A program made the position numbers and the translations under genes. A stretch of 64,000 nt of DNA from an uncultured Clostridia bacterium (GTDB lineage Bacteria > Bacillota > Clostridia > TANB77 > CAG-508). The stretch covers positions 954-64,953 of the forward strand of contig CALXND010000001.1 of assembly GCA_944389655.1 (NCBI GenBank), written 5' to 3'. The stretch's first letter is position 1. Every line of letters begins with the position of its first letter. The notes beneath the pieces are model-generated. The model did not search any database and was not told the DNA's origin. It was given only the letters and a program-made list of their open reading frames with translations. Of the stretch, positions 50,169 through 60,730 are shown in pieces.

Positions 50169-51854
50169 TTAATTGATTACTGCCCAAGTCTTTCCGCTAT
50201 CTGTTGTTTTATATGTTGTTTTAGAGCCATCATACGAAATATTTTCAATGGTTCCTTCATTCATACTTGTAAATTCTATCTCTGCTCCTCTATTTATTCT
50301 TATTCTACTTTTTTCTTCTTTCTGTGTTGTCCATGTTTTACCTCCATCAGTTGTCCTTGATGCTCGTATATGTTCTCTTTGACCTAACTCTGTTCCAGTA
50401 CATATCATTGCTATTCCATTTTCTTTATCAAAAAATTTTAAATAAACTATATATCCTCCTGTATCTTTAATTTGTCCAATTTGCCATGTTTTGCCATCAT
50501 CGTCAGAGTAAATCAGACCAATTAAGTCATTGGTACTTACATTTTCAAAAATCATTTTGTTATTGTCCATATAATAACTATTGCTAGGAAATTCTTCATC
50601 AGTCTGATATATATTGGCAAAATCATATGGTATTTCTGACCAGCTTTCTCCATAATTAGATGTTACATAAACTTTTTGTTCCACTAATCTATATCCATAC
50701 TGCTCATCTAATCTTTTTGAGTAATTTTGCAAATTTGTTTCAACATAATTACTAGGATTTAAAATAAAATAAGTTATAGTTAATATTGCAATTATCAAAG
50801 CAAGGATTATTACAATATGTAGAATTGACTTATTATTTTTTACTTCGTCGCTATCTTTATCTTCTAATTTCTTATCTGTTGCCTCATTGTTAATATTTTT
50901 ACTTTTAACTTCTTTTACTTTTTTAATAATAATATATGTAAAATAGAAAATTGCACTAAATACAATTCCCAAAAGTCCAATTTTACAGCAATCGCTAATC
51001 ATACTTGTTGCTGTTCGTGGATTTATTTTTTGTGCATAACTACCAATAAATAGTAACACAGTTATAACTGCATAAAATATAAAGTGCTTTCTTTTCATAC
51101 CTTTGTTTTTATTTAATATTCTACCAGTAAGACTACCTATAAAATTTAAAAATATGTATCCACAAATATCATCTAACCATAACAATCCATGACGATAATT
51201 AAACCATTTTGCAACAAGTAAAATAGGTATCATAAAAATTGTAGGAACGAAAAATGCTTTATTATTTAATCCATATACAGCGCCTATTAAATATGTTCCA
51301 ATAATTATTGTGTAATAATAAATATCACCTCCACGATTTTTTGAAAGCATAGGTACTACACATAATAAGAATGCAAGCACAACTATTGAAAGTATAAAGT
51401 AACCTATTTTTATAAGAGCTTTTATTGGATTTTTTGAGATAAGTAGATATGTTGTTAAAGCTATAAATAAAGTAGCTGTTACTATAATAATTCCCCAATA
51501 TATATTTTTGCCATTTATTGAGTTTTCAGAAATTTCCTGGTTAGCACTTATTCCCAAATTATGTTTTGTTATTTCATAATTACTAATTTTTCCTTCATAC
51601 ATATAATAAATATTTATTTTGCTTTCTTCCCTTGTAACTATTTTCACAGAGTATGTTCCTATATTTGGAAGTGCATTTGTTACTTTAGAAAGTCCTTCTT
51701 TAATGTCAATGCTCTGGTTACTATTACAAAATAATATTTCTTTTTGTTTTAAATTTTGTAAACTAAATATTTCTAAACACATTAATGTTATAAATATTAT
51801 AATTAAAACAATTAATTTTATTTTTGTTTTTCTGTTCATTTTTTCACCTTCCAT
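50169..51854 (-). CDS. Polytopic membrane protein with C-terminal BNR/Asp-box repeat (beta-propeller-like) domain, 561 aa
   Basis: Several S-x-D-x-G-x-T-W-type repeats (SDDDGKTW, TTDGGKTW, TDSGKTW) in the C-terminal 200 aa, after a block of 6-8 TM helices. Confidence 0.6.
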   Translation of the reverse strand: MEGEKMNRKTKIKLIVLIIIFITLMCLEIFSLQNLKQKEILFCNSNQSIDIKEGLSKVTNALPNIGTYSVKIVTREESKINIYYMYEGKISNYEITKHNLGISANQEISENSINGKNIYWGIIIVTATLFIALTTYLLISKNPIKALIKIGYFILSIVVLAFLLCVVPMLSKNRGGDIYYYTIIIGTYLIGAVYGLNNKAFFVPTIFMIPILLVAKWFNYRHGLLWLDDICGYIFLNFIGSLTGRILNKNKGMKRKHFIFYAVITVLLFIGSYAQKINPRTATSMISDCCKIGLLGIVFSAIFYFTYIIIKKVKEVKSKNINNEATDKKLEDKDSDEVKNNKSILHIVIILALIIAILTITYFILNPSNYVETNLQNYSKRLDEQYGYRLVEQKVYVTSNYGESWSEIPYDFANIYQTDEEFPSNSYYMDNNKMIFENVSTNDLIGLIYSDDDGKTWQIGQIKDTGGYIVYLKFFDKENGIAMICTGTELGQREHIRASRTTDGGKTWTTQKEEKSRIRINRGAEIEFTSMNEGTIENISYDGSKTTYKTTDSGKTWAVIN

Positions 51855-52008
51855 TGATATTTTTATCTATTATATCAAATGTAGTAAAGTCTATCTATAT
51901 TTTGGGCAAAAACTTAATATAATGTAATATATTTATTATAATTTTAAACTCTAAAACGTAAAAAGCAGAACTTTATTGTGTTCTGCCTCTTTACTTATAT
52001 ATTTTGCT

Positions 52009-54630
52009 CTATCTTGGATTTTTAATTGCTGCTTGTGCTGCTGCAAGGCGTGCTATTGGAACTCTAAATGGTGAACAAGATACATATGTTAGACCAATTC
52101 TATGGCAATATTCCACAGTTGGTGGATTTCCTCCATGTTCTCCGCAAATTCCAAGCTCTATGTCTGGTCTTGTTTGCCTTCCTAATTTTACAGCATGTTC
52201 TACTAACTTACCAACTCCATCTTCATCTATTCTTGCAAACGGATCAAAATCGTAAATATTTTTTGAATAATATTCTCCTAAGAATTTACCTGCGTCATCA
52301 CGGCTAAATCCAAATGTCATTTGTGTTAAATCGTTTGTTCCAAATGAGAAAAATTCTGCTTCTTTTGCAATTTTGTCTGCTATTAATGTAGCTCTTGGAA
52401 TTTCTATCATTGTTCCAACCATGTATTTAATATTCATTCCTGCTTCTTCTAACATTTCGTTTGCAGTTTTCGTAATTATATTTTTTACATATACCAGCTC
52501 TTTATAGTCACCAACTAGAGGTATCATTATTTCAGGTTTTACTTCTATTCCTTCTTTTTTAACATTTATTGCTGCACCTATTATAGCTTTTGTTTGCATT
52601 ACTCCAATTTCTGGGTATGTTACATCTAGCCTACAGCCTCTATGTCCCATCATTGGGTTAAATTCATGCAATCCTGTTACAATGTTTTTTAGTTCTTCAA
52701 AAGTCATTCCCATGTCTTTTGCTAAAGCTTCTATTTCGTCATCCGTATGTGGAAGAAATTCATGTAGTGGAGGATCTAATAATCTTATTGTTACTGGAAG
52801 ACCTTTCATCTCTCTAAATAATCCTTCAAAATCTCCTCTTTGCATTGGAAGTATTTTATCTAATGCCTTTTCTCTTTGTTCCTTTGTCTTAGATACAATC
52901 ATTTCTCTAATTGCAGCTATTCTTTCTGGAGCAAAAAACATATGCTCTGTTCTACATAAGCCTATACCTTCAGCACCAAATTCATAAGCTTGTTTTGCAT
53001 CCTTTGGTGTATCTGCATTTGTTCTTACTTCCATTTGTCTATATCTATCTGCCCATTCCATAAATTTAGCAAAATTTCCTGTTACCTGCGCACTAACTGT
53101 ATCTATTTTTTCTCCATACACATTTCCTGTGCTTCCATCTAGTGAAATCCAATCTCCCTCATGATAAGTATTGCCGTTTACAGAAAATGTTCCTTCTTCT
53201 TCATTTACAGTTATCTCTGAGCAACCAGATACACAACAAGTTCCCATTCCTCTTGCTACAACTGCTGCATGTGATGTCATACCTCCTCTTACAGTAAGTA
53301 TTCCATGGCACACATGCATACCATCTATATCTTCTGGAGATGTTTCAAGTCTTACTAATATTAAGTCTTTTTCTCCTGCTTCATGCTTTTTTAGTGCCTC
53401 TTCTGCTGTAAATACAACTTTTCCTGTTGCTGCTCCTGGTGATGCTGCAAGTCCCTTTGCAATATGTTTAGCTTTTTTTAATTTTTCCTCATCAAAATTT
53501 GGGTGCAACAATTGATCTAGTTGGTTTGGCTCAACTCTTAGAACAGCTTCTTTTTCTGTTATCATTCCCTCATTTACTAAATCTACTGCTATTTGTAGTG
53601 CTGCTGTTGCTGTTCTTTTTCCATTTCTTGTTTGAAGGAAATATAACTTTCCATTTTCTATTGTAAATTCCATATCTTGCATATCTTTGTAATGTTTTTC
53701 TAGCTTATTTGCATACATTACAAAATCTTGATATGCTTCCATGTCTGTTTCTTTTAATGTTTCAATTGGAAGTGGTGTACGAATTCCTGCAACAACATCT
53801 TCACCTTGCGCATTCATTAAGTATTCACCAAATATCTTATTTTCTCCTGTAGCTGGGTTACGAGAAAATGCAACGCCAGTACCACAGTCTTCTCCCATAT
53901 TTCCAAATACCATTTCTTGAACATTAACAGCTGTTCCCCAACTACTTGGTATATCATTTAAACGTCTATATGTTATTGCCCTTGGGTTGTTCCATGAACG
54001 AAATACTGCTGTTACAGCTTCAATTAGTTGTTCTTCTGGATTACTTGGAAATTCTTCTCCGTGCTCTTTTTTATATATTCCCTTAAATATTTTTACTAAT
54101 TCTTTTAGAGCATCTGCATTAAGCTCTGTATCAAGCTTTACGCCTTTTAATTTTTTTACTTTATCTATTTCTTCTTCAAATAGCGATTTTGGTATTTCCA
54201 TTACAACATCACTAAACATTTGAATAAACCTTCTGTAGCTATCATATGCAAATCTTTCGTTCTTTTTTGCCATTGCTTCCACTACTCTTTCATTAAGCCC
54301 AAGATTTAATATTGTATCCATCATTCCTGGCATTGAAGCTCTTGCGCCAGAACGCACAGACACAAGAAGTGGATTTTCTGGATTTCCAAATGTTTTGCCT
54401 GTCATTCTTTCTAGTTCTCTTAAACTATTAAATATTTGTGTTTTTACAGTCTCTGATACTGTCTCCCCATTATTATAATATTCAATACATGCTTCTGTAG
54501 TTATTGTAAATCCTTGTGGAATTGGAAGTCCTAAATTTGTCATTTCTGCTAAGTTTGCTCCCTTTCCACCAAGCAGTTCTCTCATTGAAGCATTTCCCTC
54601 TCTAAATAAGTATACATACTTTTTATCCAT
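52009..54630 (-). CDS. ppdK: Pyruvate, phosphate dikinase, 873 aa
   Basis: N-terminal ATP-grasp, central phosphohistidine swivel (GGMTSHAAVVARGMG) and C-terminal PEP-utilising TIM barrel (RTNDLTQ region). Full PPDK length. Confidence 0.95.
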   Translation of the reverse strand: MDKKYVYLFREGNASMRELLGGKGANLAEMTNLGLPIPQGFTITTEACIEYYNNGETVSETVKTQIFNSLRELERMTGKTFGNPENPLLVSVRSGARASMPGMMDTILNLGLNERVVEAMAKKNERFAYDSYRRFIQMFSDVVMEIPKSLFEEEIDKVKKLKGVKLDTELNADALKELVKIFKGIYKKEHGEEFPSNPEEQLIEAVTAVFRSWNNPRAITYRRLNDIPSSWGTAVNVQEMVFGNMGEDCGTGVAFSRNPATGENKIFGEYLMNAQGEDVVAGIRTPLPIETLKETDMEAYQDFVMYANKLEKHYKDMQDMEFTIENGKLYFLQTRNGKRTATAALQIAVDLVNEGMITEKEAVLRVEPNQLDQLLHPNFDEEKLKKAKHIAKGLAASPGAATGKVVFTAEEALKKHEAGEKDLILVRLETSPEDIDGMHVCHGILTVRGGMTSHAAVVARGMGTCCVSGCSEITVNEEEGTFSVNGNTYHEGDWISLDGSTGNVYGEKIDTVSAQVTGNFAKFMEWADRYRQMEVRTNADTPKDAKQAYEFGAEGIGLCRTEHMFFAPERIAAIREMIVSKTKEQREKALDKILPMQRGDFEGLFREMKGLPVTIRLLDPPLHEFLPHTDDEIEALAKDMGMTFEELKNIVTGLHEFNPMMGHRGCRLDVTYPEIGVMQTKAIIGAAINVKKEGIEVKPEIMIPLVGDYKELVYVKNIITKTANEMLEEAGMNIKYMVGTMIEIPRATLIADKIAKEAEFFSFGTNDLTQMTFGFSRDDAGKFLGEYYSKNIYDFDPFARIDEDGVGKLVEHAVKLGRQTRPDIELGICGEHGGNPPTVEYCHRIGLTYVSCSPFRVPIARLAAAQAAIKNPR

Positions 54631-54827
54631 ATTTACATCGTTCCTTTCTCTAGGCTTGAATTTGCTTAATTCTTCCTATTATATCTTTTGCATTTTTTAA
54701 CATTTTATACTGCTTTTGTAAATTTTTTCTATAATTATTATATATGTAAGTCTTCAAATTGTAAATAAAAAATGTTAAGAAATTTTATATTTTAAGTATA
54801 TAAAATTAATTTTTCGAATCATTAAAG

Positions 54828-55017
54828 TTATCCACAGACAAAATTCTCATTTTTTGTATAATTTTATATAAAACTTCTCTTTATAAGTTACTTTTTGACA
54901 TTATGTTACATTATTATTCGATTTTTTTAAATAAAATTTATCCACATATATGTGGATAATGTGGATAACTCTGTGAATAACTATAAACAGTGGGTTTGGT
55001 TTTCAAAGTTATCCACA
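54828..55017. promoter_or_regulatory. Cluster of six DnaA boxes (five perfect TTATCCACA/TGTGGATAA, one TGTGAATAA) upstream of ppdK and downstream of polC
   Basis: Boxes at 54828-54836, 54938-54946, 54951-54959, 54960-54968, 54972-54980 (one mismatch) and 55009-55017. An AT-rich tract lies at 54900-54937. Read directly from the sequence. Confidence 0.65.
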
Positions 55018-55102
55018 TTAATATTTGCAATTTTTTATGAAAACTGCTTATTTTGTTACTTTTTGTTTTGTTAAAGGCATTATGTAATTTTCTGTCGAAA
55101 AC

Positions 55103-55135
55103 TGCGCAAAAGGGGTCTGACCCCATTTGCGCAAA
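55103..55135. repeat. GC-rich palindrome copy (tgcgcaaaaggggtctgaccccatttgcgcaaa) immediately downstream of polC
   Basis: Near-perfect palindrome read from the sequence. Confidence 0.9.
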
Positions 55136-58100
55136 TTATCCAAATAAACTCATTTGATTGCTTTGGCTCATTCCCTTTAAACAGCCAACTCTATCTAATA
55201 GTTCTATAACTGATTTTCCTATTTTTGAACGTATTTTCATATCGTCTATTGACATGAATTTGCCATCTTGCTTTGCTGTGTCTATTCCTTCTGCTGCTAC
55301 TGTTCCAAGTCCTGGTATACTGTTTAATGGTGGACGAATTCCTTCCTCTTCTACTAGGAATTTTGTTGCATGTGATTTATATAAATCTATTGGCAAGAAT
55401 TTTATTCCTCTTTCATACATTTCTAGTACTAGTTCTAATATTGCATACATGTTTTTGTCTTTTGTGGTTGCACTATTACCTGCTAAGTCTATTTCTTTCA
55501 TTTTGTTTATAACTTTTTCTTTGCCGTAGCACATGATGTCGCTATCAAATTCGTCTGCTCTAATTGTAAAATATGCTGCATAATACGCTTCCGGCTTATG
55601 TACTTTAAACCACGCTATCCTGAATGCATTTGTTACATAGGCTGCTGCATGGGCCTTTGGGAACATGTATTTTATTTTTTCACATGATTTTATATACCAT
55701 TCTGGTACGTCATGTTCCTTCATTATGCCTACAAATTCTGCCCATTTTTCTGGATCTTTTAATGCTTTTCCTTTACGTACTGTTTCCATTATTTTAAATG
55801 CTTTGTTTGGAGGAACTCCTTTTTTTATTAGGTATATCATTATATCATCACGGCAACAGATTGCCTCATTTAAGGTTACTGTTCCTTCTTCTATTAAGCT
55901 TTGTGCATTATTTAACCATACGTCTGTACCATGTGATAAACCTGAAATACGTATTAGCTCATCAAATGTGGTTGGTTTTGTATCCACAAGCATTCCTCTT
56001 ACAAATTTTGTTCCGAACTCTGGTATGCCATAGCTTCCTACCTTAGATTTTATTTGTTCCGGTGTTACTCCAAGCGCATCTGTTGAACTAAAGATTGACA
56101 TTGTTTCTTTATCATCAAGTGGAACTTTGGTTGGGTCTATTCCTGTTATATCATATAGCATTCTTATCATTGTAGGATCATCATGACCAAGTATATCAAG
56201 TTTTAATAAGTTTTGGTCGATTGAGTGGTAATCAAAGTGTGTTGTGATTATATCCGAGTTTGGATCATCTGCCGGATGTTGTACTGGGCAGAATTCATAA
56301 ATTTCTCTTCCTTTTGGTACAACTATAATTCCACCAGGGTGCTGTCCTGTTGTTCTTTTTATTCCAGTGCATCCTTGTGCTATTCTTAGTACCTCGGCAT
56401 TGTTTACTGGTATTCCTCTTTCTTCGTAATATTTCTTTACATATCCATATGCAGTTTTATCTGCAACCGTACCAACTGTCCCAGCTTTAAATGTTGTTCC
56501 CTTTCCAAATATTACCTCTGTATATCTATGTGCTTTTGCTTGATACTCTCCTGAAAAGTTTAAGTCTATATCTGGCTCTTTGTCACCGTTAAATCCAAGG
56601 AATGTTTCAAAAGGTATATCTATTCCGTCCTTAACCATCTTAGTTCCACATTTTGGGCAATTCTTATCAGGCAAGTCAAATCCACACGCATAGCTATAAT
56701 CTGTAAAATCAGAATATTTACATTGAGGGCACCTATAATGTGGAGGTAATGAGTTTACTTCTGTTATACCTGTTGCATATGCTGCAAATGATGAACCAAC
56801 AGAACCTCTAGAACCAACAATATATCCATCCTCATTTGATTTCCACACCAGCTTTTGAGCTATTATATACATTACTGAGAATCCATTTTTTATAATTGAA
56901 TCTAATTCTTTGCTTAGTCTTTCTTCAACCAAGTCAGGTAATGGATCTCCATAAAGCTCATGAGCCTTTTTATATGCAATATCTTTTATTGTTTGCTCGC
57001 AACCATCAATATGTGGTGGACATTTCTCTGGTGAGATTGGACTTATTTTCTCACACATATCTGATATTTTGTTTGTATTTGTTACAACTACTTCATATGC
57101 CTTTTCTTCTCCTAAGTATTCAAATTCTTTTAGCATTTCCTCTGTAGTACGAAGGTATAATGGTGCTTGTTCGTCTGCATCATCATACCCTTGTCCAGCC
57201 ATTAAAATACGTCTATATATTTCGTCTTGTGGGTCCATAAAGTGAACATCGCAAGTTGCTACTACTGGTTTGCCTAGCTTGTCTCCTATCTCTACTATTT
57301 TCTTATTTATATCTTCTAAACCTTTTACGTCTGCTACTGTTCCATTTCTAACCATAAACATATTATTTCCAAGTGGTTGTATTTCTAAATAATCATAATC
57401 TGATGCAATTGCATCTATTTCTTCGTCTGTTTTTCCTGCAACAATTGCTCTATACAATTCCCCTGCTTCGCATGCACTCCCTAGAATTAAACCTTCTGAG
57501 TATTTTTTGTATAATGATTTTAATATTCTAGGTTTTTTATAGAAATAATCTAAATGTGAGTATGATATTAACTTATATAGATTTTTTAATCCTACATAGT
57601 TTTGTGCTAAGATAATTGCATGATATGTTGGGAGTCTTCTAAAATCTGTTTTCCCTGCACATAATTTATCTATGTCCTCTATTTTTTTAGCACCTTTTTC
57701 TTTAAGCATATTTATCATAACATTAAATACTTTTACTGTCGTGTCCACATCATCTAATGCTCTATGAGCCACTTCTACCTTAATTCCTAAGTTTTCGGCA
57801 ATTATTCCTAATTTATATTTCTTATAATCTGGAAATAGCTCTTTTGATAGTCTTAATGTATCTAAATATGTATTATCCAAGTTATACCCAAGTTGTTTAG
57901 CGTTATATTTTAAAAAACCTATATCAAAATCCGCGTTATGCGCTACTAAAACACTATCTCCCAAGAAATCCATAAGCTTTGGAAATACCGTTTCTATTGT
58001 TTCCGCATCTTTTACCATATCATCTGTAATGTTTGTAACTTCTACAACTCTTTGAGGAATAGGTTTCTCAGGGTTTACAAAACATGAAAACTCCTCCAAA

Positions 58101-59524
58101 ACCTCTCCATTTTTTATTTTCATTACTCCAATTTCAGTTATTTTTTCTGTTCTAAATGAAAAACCTGTTGTCTCCAAATCAAGTACACAATATGTAGTAT
58201 CTATTTCCTGTCCTTTTGGGAATGATACAACTGGAGTTCTATCTGGTGCTAAATATGCTTCAACTCCATAAATAACTTTTAAATCTGGATGGTCTTTTTC
58301 CAAATATTTATGCGCTTCTGGAAAAGCTTGTACAACTCCATGGTCAGTTATTGCAATTGATTTCATTCCCCATTTTACCGCTCTTTTTAATAGGTCTGTA
58401 GCAGATGTCATTCCATCCATTTGGCTCATCTGTGTGTGCATATGAAGCTCTACTCTCTTTTCTTTCGCATTATCCATTCTAATTTGCTTCTTTAATCCTG
58501 TACTTTCAATTATTACATTTGCTATTACGCCTAACTCTTTAGCAAATGGGTCAAATTGCGCTGTACCTTCTAGTTTTATTCCTTTTGCGCCCTTTAACCT
58601 TTTTATTAAATCCTTTGATTTGTCTCCTTCCGAAAATGCCTTACAGGTAATTGTACTTGAACCATCATACAAATCAAACATTACAAGTACTTTTCCACTT
58701 TTTAACTCTCGCGAATCTATATTCAATATTTCTCCATCAAGTTGAACTTTTCCACTATCCACACTTAAATCTGCAATTTTTACTAATTGTTCTTTTAATT
58801 TTAAGCTTCTGCCAAAAATTAAAGGAGAGGCTTCTTGCTCTTTTTCATTTGTAGGCATTTCTATCGAAACACTTACTTCTCCAGAATTATTTACCTGAAC
58901 CTTACTCTTGTCGCCAGATTGTTCTTTTGATTCTACATCTCTGTTTGCTATTTCGGCTACTTCACCTGCTTGCTCTGCTTCTCTTTGTGCTTGCATAATT
59001 GCTTCTCTTTCAAGGTTAATTGCATGTTCCATATATTGTTTTACAGCTTCTTCTGTAATATTTTCAATAAAAATAATTTTGTATTTTAGGCCATATATAT
59101 CCTCTATAATTTTAGATAGTATTTTATCAAAGCCCTTTGCTTCTATAACCATCTTACCTTTCATAGCCATATTTACAATTATTTTATCACCTTCTATTTC
59201 AATATTACTATTCTTTAAAAAAGCTTTACTAAGAGGGTGTTTATGCGCCATATAGCAAATTACAAGATTCCATTCTTTTTTTATGTCTACATCAATTGGT
59301 TTTGAATACTCTACTTTTATATTTACTTCAAATATATTAAACCTATTTTTTAAATACTGCTCAAATTTGTATATATCTTCTATTTTTATAAAATCATCTG
59401 CTGTTATAATTAATTCTAGTTTATTCGTTTTTTTAAACAAATTTATTGATTTTATCTTACTTGCATTCAAAGAAAAACTATTTGAATCATAGTCTTTAAA
59501 AATTTCTTTTATTGTTTTATCCAT
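55136..59524 (-). CDS. polC: DNA polymerase III PolC-type (Gram-positive replicative polymerase), 1462 aa
   Basis: Length and domain order fit PolC: OB domain, PHP domain, inserted DEDDh 3'-5' exonuclease (YCVLDLETTG, HNADFD) and polymerase core. Confidence 0.95.
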   Translation of the reverse strand: MDKTIKEIFKDYDSNSFSLNASKIKSINLFKKTNKLELIITADDFIKIEDIYKFEQYLKNRFNIFEVNIKVEYSKPIDVDIKKEWNLVICYMAHKHPLSKAFLKNSNIEIEGDKIIVNMAMKGKMVIEAKGFDKILSKIIEDIYGLKYKIIFIENITEEAVKQYMEHAINLEREAIMQAQREAEQAGEVAEIANRDVESKEQSGDKSKVQVNNSGEVSVSIEMPTNEKEQEASPLIFGRSLKLKEQLVKIADLSVDSGKVQLDGEILNIDSRELKSGKVLVMFDLYDGSSTITCKAFSEGDKSKDLIKRLKGAKGIKLEGTAQFDPFAKELGVIANVIIESTGLKKQIRMDNAKEKRVELHMHTQMSQMDGMTSATDLLKRAVKWGMKSIAITDHGVVQAFPEAHKYLEKDHPDLKVIYGVEAYLAPDRTPVVSFPKGQEIDTTYCVLDLETTGFSFRTEKITEIGVMKIKNGEVLEEFSCFVNPEKPIPQRVVEVTNITDDMVKDAETIETVFPKLMDFLGDSVLVAHNADFDIGFLKYNAKQLGYNLDNTYLDTLRLSKELFPDYKKYKLGIIAENLGIKVEVAHRALDDVDTTVKVFNVMINMLKEKGAKKIEDIDKLCAGKTDFRRLPTYHAIILAQNYVGLKNLYKLISYSHLDYFYKKPRILKSLYKKYSEGLILGSACEAGELYRAIVAGKTDEEIDAIASDYDYLEIQPLGNNMFMVRNGTVADVKGLEDINKKIVEIGDKLGKPVVATCDVHFMDPQDEIYRRILMAGQGYDDADEQAPLYLRTTEEMLKEFEYLGEEKAYEVVVTNTNKISDMCEKISPISPEKCPPHIDGCEQTIKDIAYKKAHELYGDPLPDLVEERLSKELDSIIKNGFSVMYIIAQKLVWKSNEDGYIVGSRGSVGSSFAAYATGITEVNSLPPHYRCPQCKYSDFTDYSYACGFDLPDKNCPKCGTKMVKDGIDIPFETFLGFNGDKEPDIDLNFSGEYQAKAHRYTEVIFGKGTTFKAGTVGTVADKTAYGYVKKYYEERGIPVNNAEVLRIAQGCTGIKRTTGQHPGGIIVVPKGREIYEFCPVQHPADDPNSDIITTHFDYHSIDQNLLKLDILGHDDPTMIRMLYDITGIDPTKVPLDDKETMSIFSSTDALGVTPEQIKSKVGSYGIPEFGTKFVRGMLVDTKPTTFDELIRISGLSHGTDVWLNNAQSLIEEGTVTLNEAICCRDDIMIYLIKKGVPPNKAFKIMETVRKGKALKDPEKWAEFVGIMKEHDVPEWYIKSCEKIKYMFPKAHAAAYVTNAFRIAWFKVHKPEAYYAAYFTIRADEFDSDIMCYGKEKVINKMKEIDLAGNSATTKDKNMYAILELVLEMYERGIKFLPIDLYKSHATKFLVEEEGIRPPLNSIPGLGTVAAEGIDTAKQDGKFMSIDDMKIRSKIGKSVIELLDRVGCLKGMSQSNQMSLFG

Positions 59525-59544
59525 TTGTTAATTTGCCCCCTTAT

Positions 59545-59643
59545 TTGCGCTGGTTGAGGGCAGACTTATTTTGCATAACCTTCATCATGTTTTTAATTGT
59601 TAATTTATATATGAGCAAAACAAGCACATCCTCAACCAGCGCA
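59545..59643. repeat. Palindromic element between polC and rseP (ttgcgctggttgagggcagacttattttgca ... gagcaaaacaagcacatcctcaaccagcgca), same architecture as 30394..30646 without the large core
   Basis: Outer inverted repeats tgcgctggttgagg / cctcaaccagcgca read from the sequence. Confidence 0.75.
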
Positions 59644-59645
59644 TT

Positions 59646-60380
59646 TTATTGTAGTATTCTTCCTACATCATTGAATGCCACATAAACTGATAATGTTATA
59701 AGTACTAAAAAGCCTAGTAATTGAAGCTTTAGCTCAAAGTTTTCTTTTAGTGGTTTTCTTCTAATTAATTCTATAATATATATTAATATTTTTCCCCCAT
59801 CAAGTGGTGGAAATGGCAATAAATTTGTAACTCCTAATGACATTGACACCAAAGCCATTATATAAAAGAAATCCAATAAGCCATTTGTTTGTGCCACTAC
59901 TTGAGAAATTCCTATTGGACCCATAAAGTCATTTACAGTCACTCCTCCAGTAAATATTAATTTTATACTCTCTACCATTGCCATTACAAAATTACCTGTT
60001 GATGTAATTGCTTTTGCTATATTTCCTGTTAATATTGTTGCTATTATAATATATAAGATTAACGCAAAAATTATATTTACTAAGCCTCCTGCTGCAACTA
60101 TAGCTATTTTTTTAGGTATACTTGCTTTACTAAAAGAGCCTTCCTCTTCTGAACGCTCTTCTTCTCCTAGCATACTTACATATCCTCCAAGCGGAATAAG
60201 TCTAACCATATATTTAGTTTTTTCTGTCTCTTTTTTCCATAAAATTGGCCCAAACCCTATAGAGAATTCTTTTACTTTAACCCTACATAATCGTGCAACT
60301 AAGAAATGTCCTGTTTCATGAATTAATACTAGAAATCCTAGTATTATAATTATTTTTAAAGCTGCTATAATAAAACCCAT
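59646..60380 (-). CDS. rseP: Site-2 protease of the M50 family (RseP/RasP position) lacking a PDZ domain, about 244 aa
   Basis: HETGH zincin motif in TM1 and a C-terminal NLLPFPPLDGG motif. Only ~245 aa, against ~420 aa for PDZ-containing RseP. ATG start MGFIIA is preferred over the track's GTG. Confidence 0.75.
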   Translation of the reverse strand: MGFIIAALKIIIILGFLVLIHETGHFLVARLCRVKVKEFSIGFGPILWKKETEKTKYMVRLIPLGGYVSMLGEEERSEEEGSFSKASIPKKIAIVAAGGLVNIIFALILYIIIATILTGNIAKAITSTGNFVMAMVESIKLIFTGGVTVNDFMGPIGISQVVAQTNGLLDFFYIMALVSMSLGVTNLLPFPPLDGGKILIYIIELIRRKPLKENFELKLQLLGFLVLITLSVYVAFNDVGRILQ

Positions 60381-60432
60381 ACACACGTCCTTTTATGTTA
60401 CTTATCACAGTATAATAACGTTTTTGCCTGAT

Positions 60433-60622
60433 GTCAGAGTTAATATATTAAAAATATGCAAACGAATATGTCGGTCAAGCTGATTTTCGAACTAATTCTA
60501 AAGAAATTTTTGCAGCGCCCTCAGCCAGCAGAGATTCCCTACAAAAATTTCTCAAGAATTAGTAACTTCAAATCACATTCCATTCCATATTCTCACATAT
60601 TTTGAATATATTAACTCTGACT
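60433..60622. mobile_element. MITE-like element, copy 3, between cdsA and rseP
   Basis: TIRs gtcagagttaatatattaaaaatatg ... catattttgaatatattaactctgac. About 90% identical to copy 1 over the core. Confidence 0.7.
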
Positions 60623-60730
60623 ATAGTAAAAGGGGTTATACTGTGATAAGTACCATCTTTATTATTGACTTTCAATCGTATATAAACTTAATTGTAGTCA
60701 TTTATTAATTTAAGAAATCCATTTAATAAA

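Noticed and set aside
54828-55017. Chromosomal replication origin (oriC) at the DnaA-box cluster
   Set aside because: There is no dnaA, dnaN or rpmH nearby, and the uniform minus-strand gene orientation continues on both sides, so there is no leading-strand switch within the window. It is interpreted instead as a non-origin DnaA-box cluster.
9726-59643. Possible CRISPR array, given the repeated GC-rich palindromes
   Set aside because: The copies are dispersed over 50 kb at gene boundaries, are not in a regularly spaced tandem array, and no cas genes are present.
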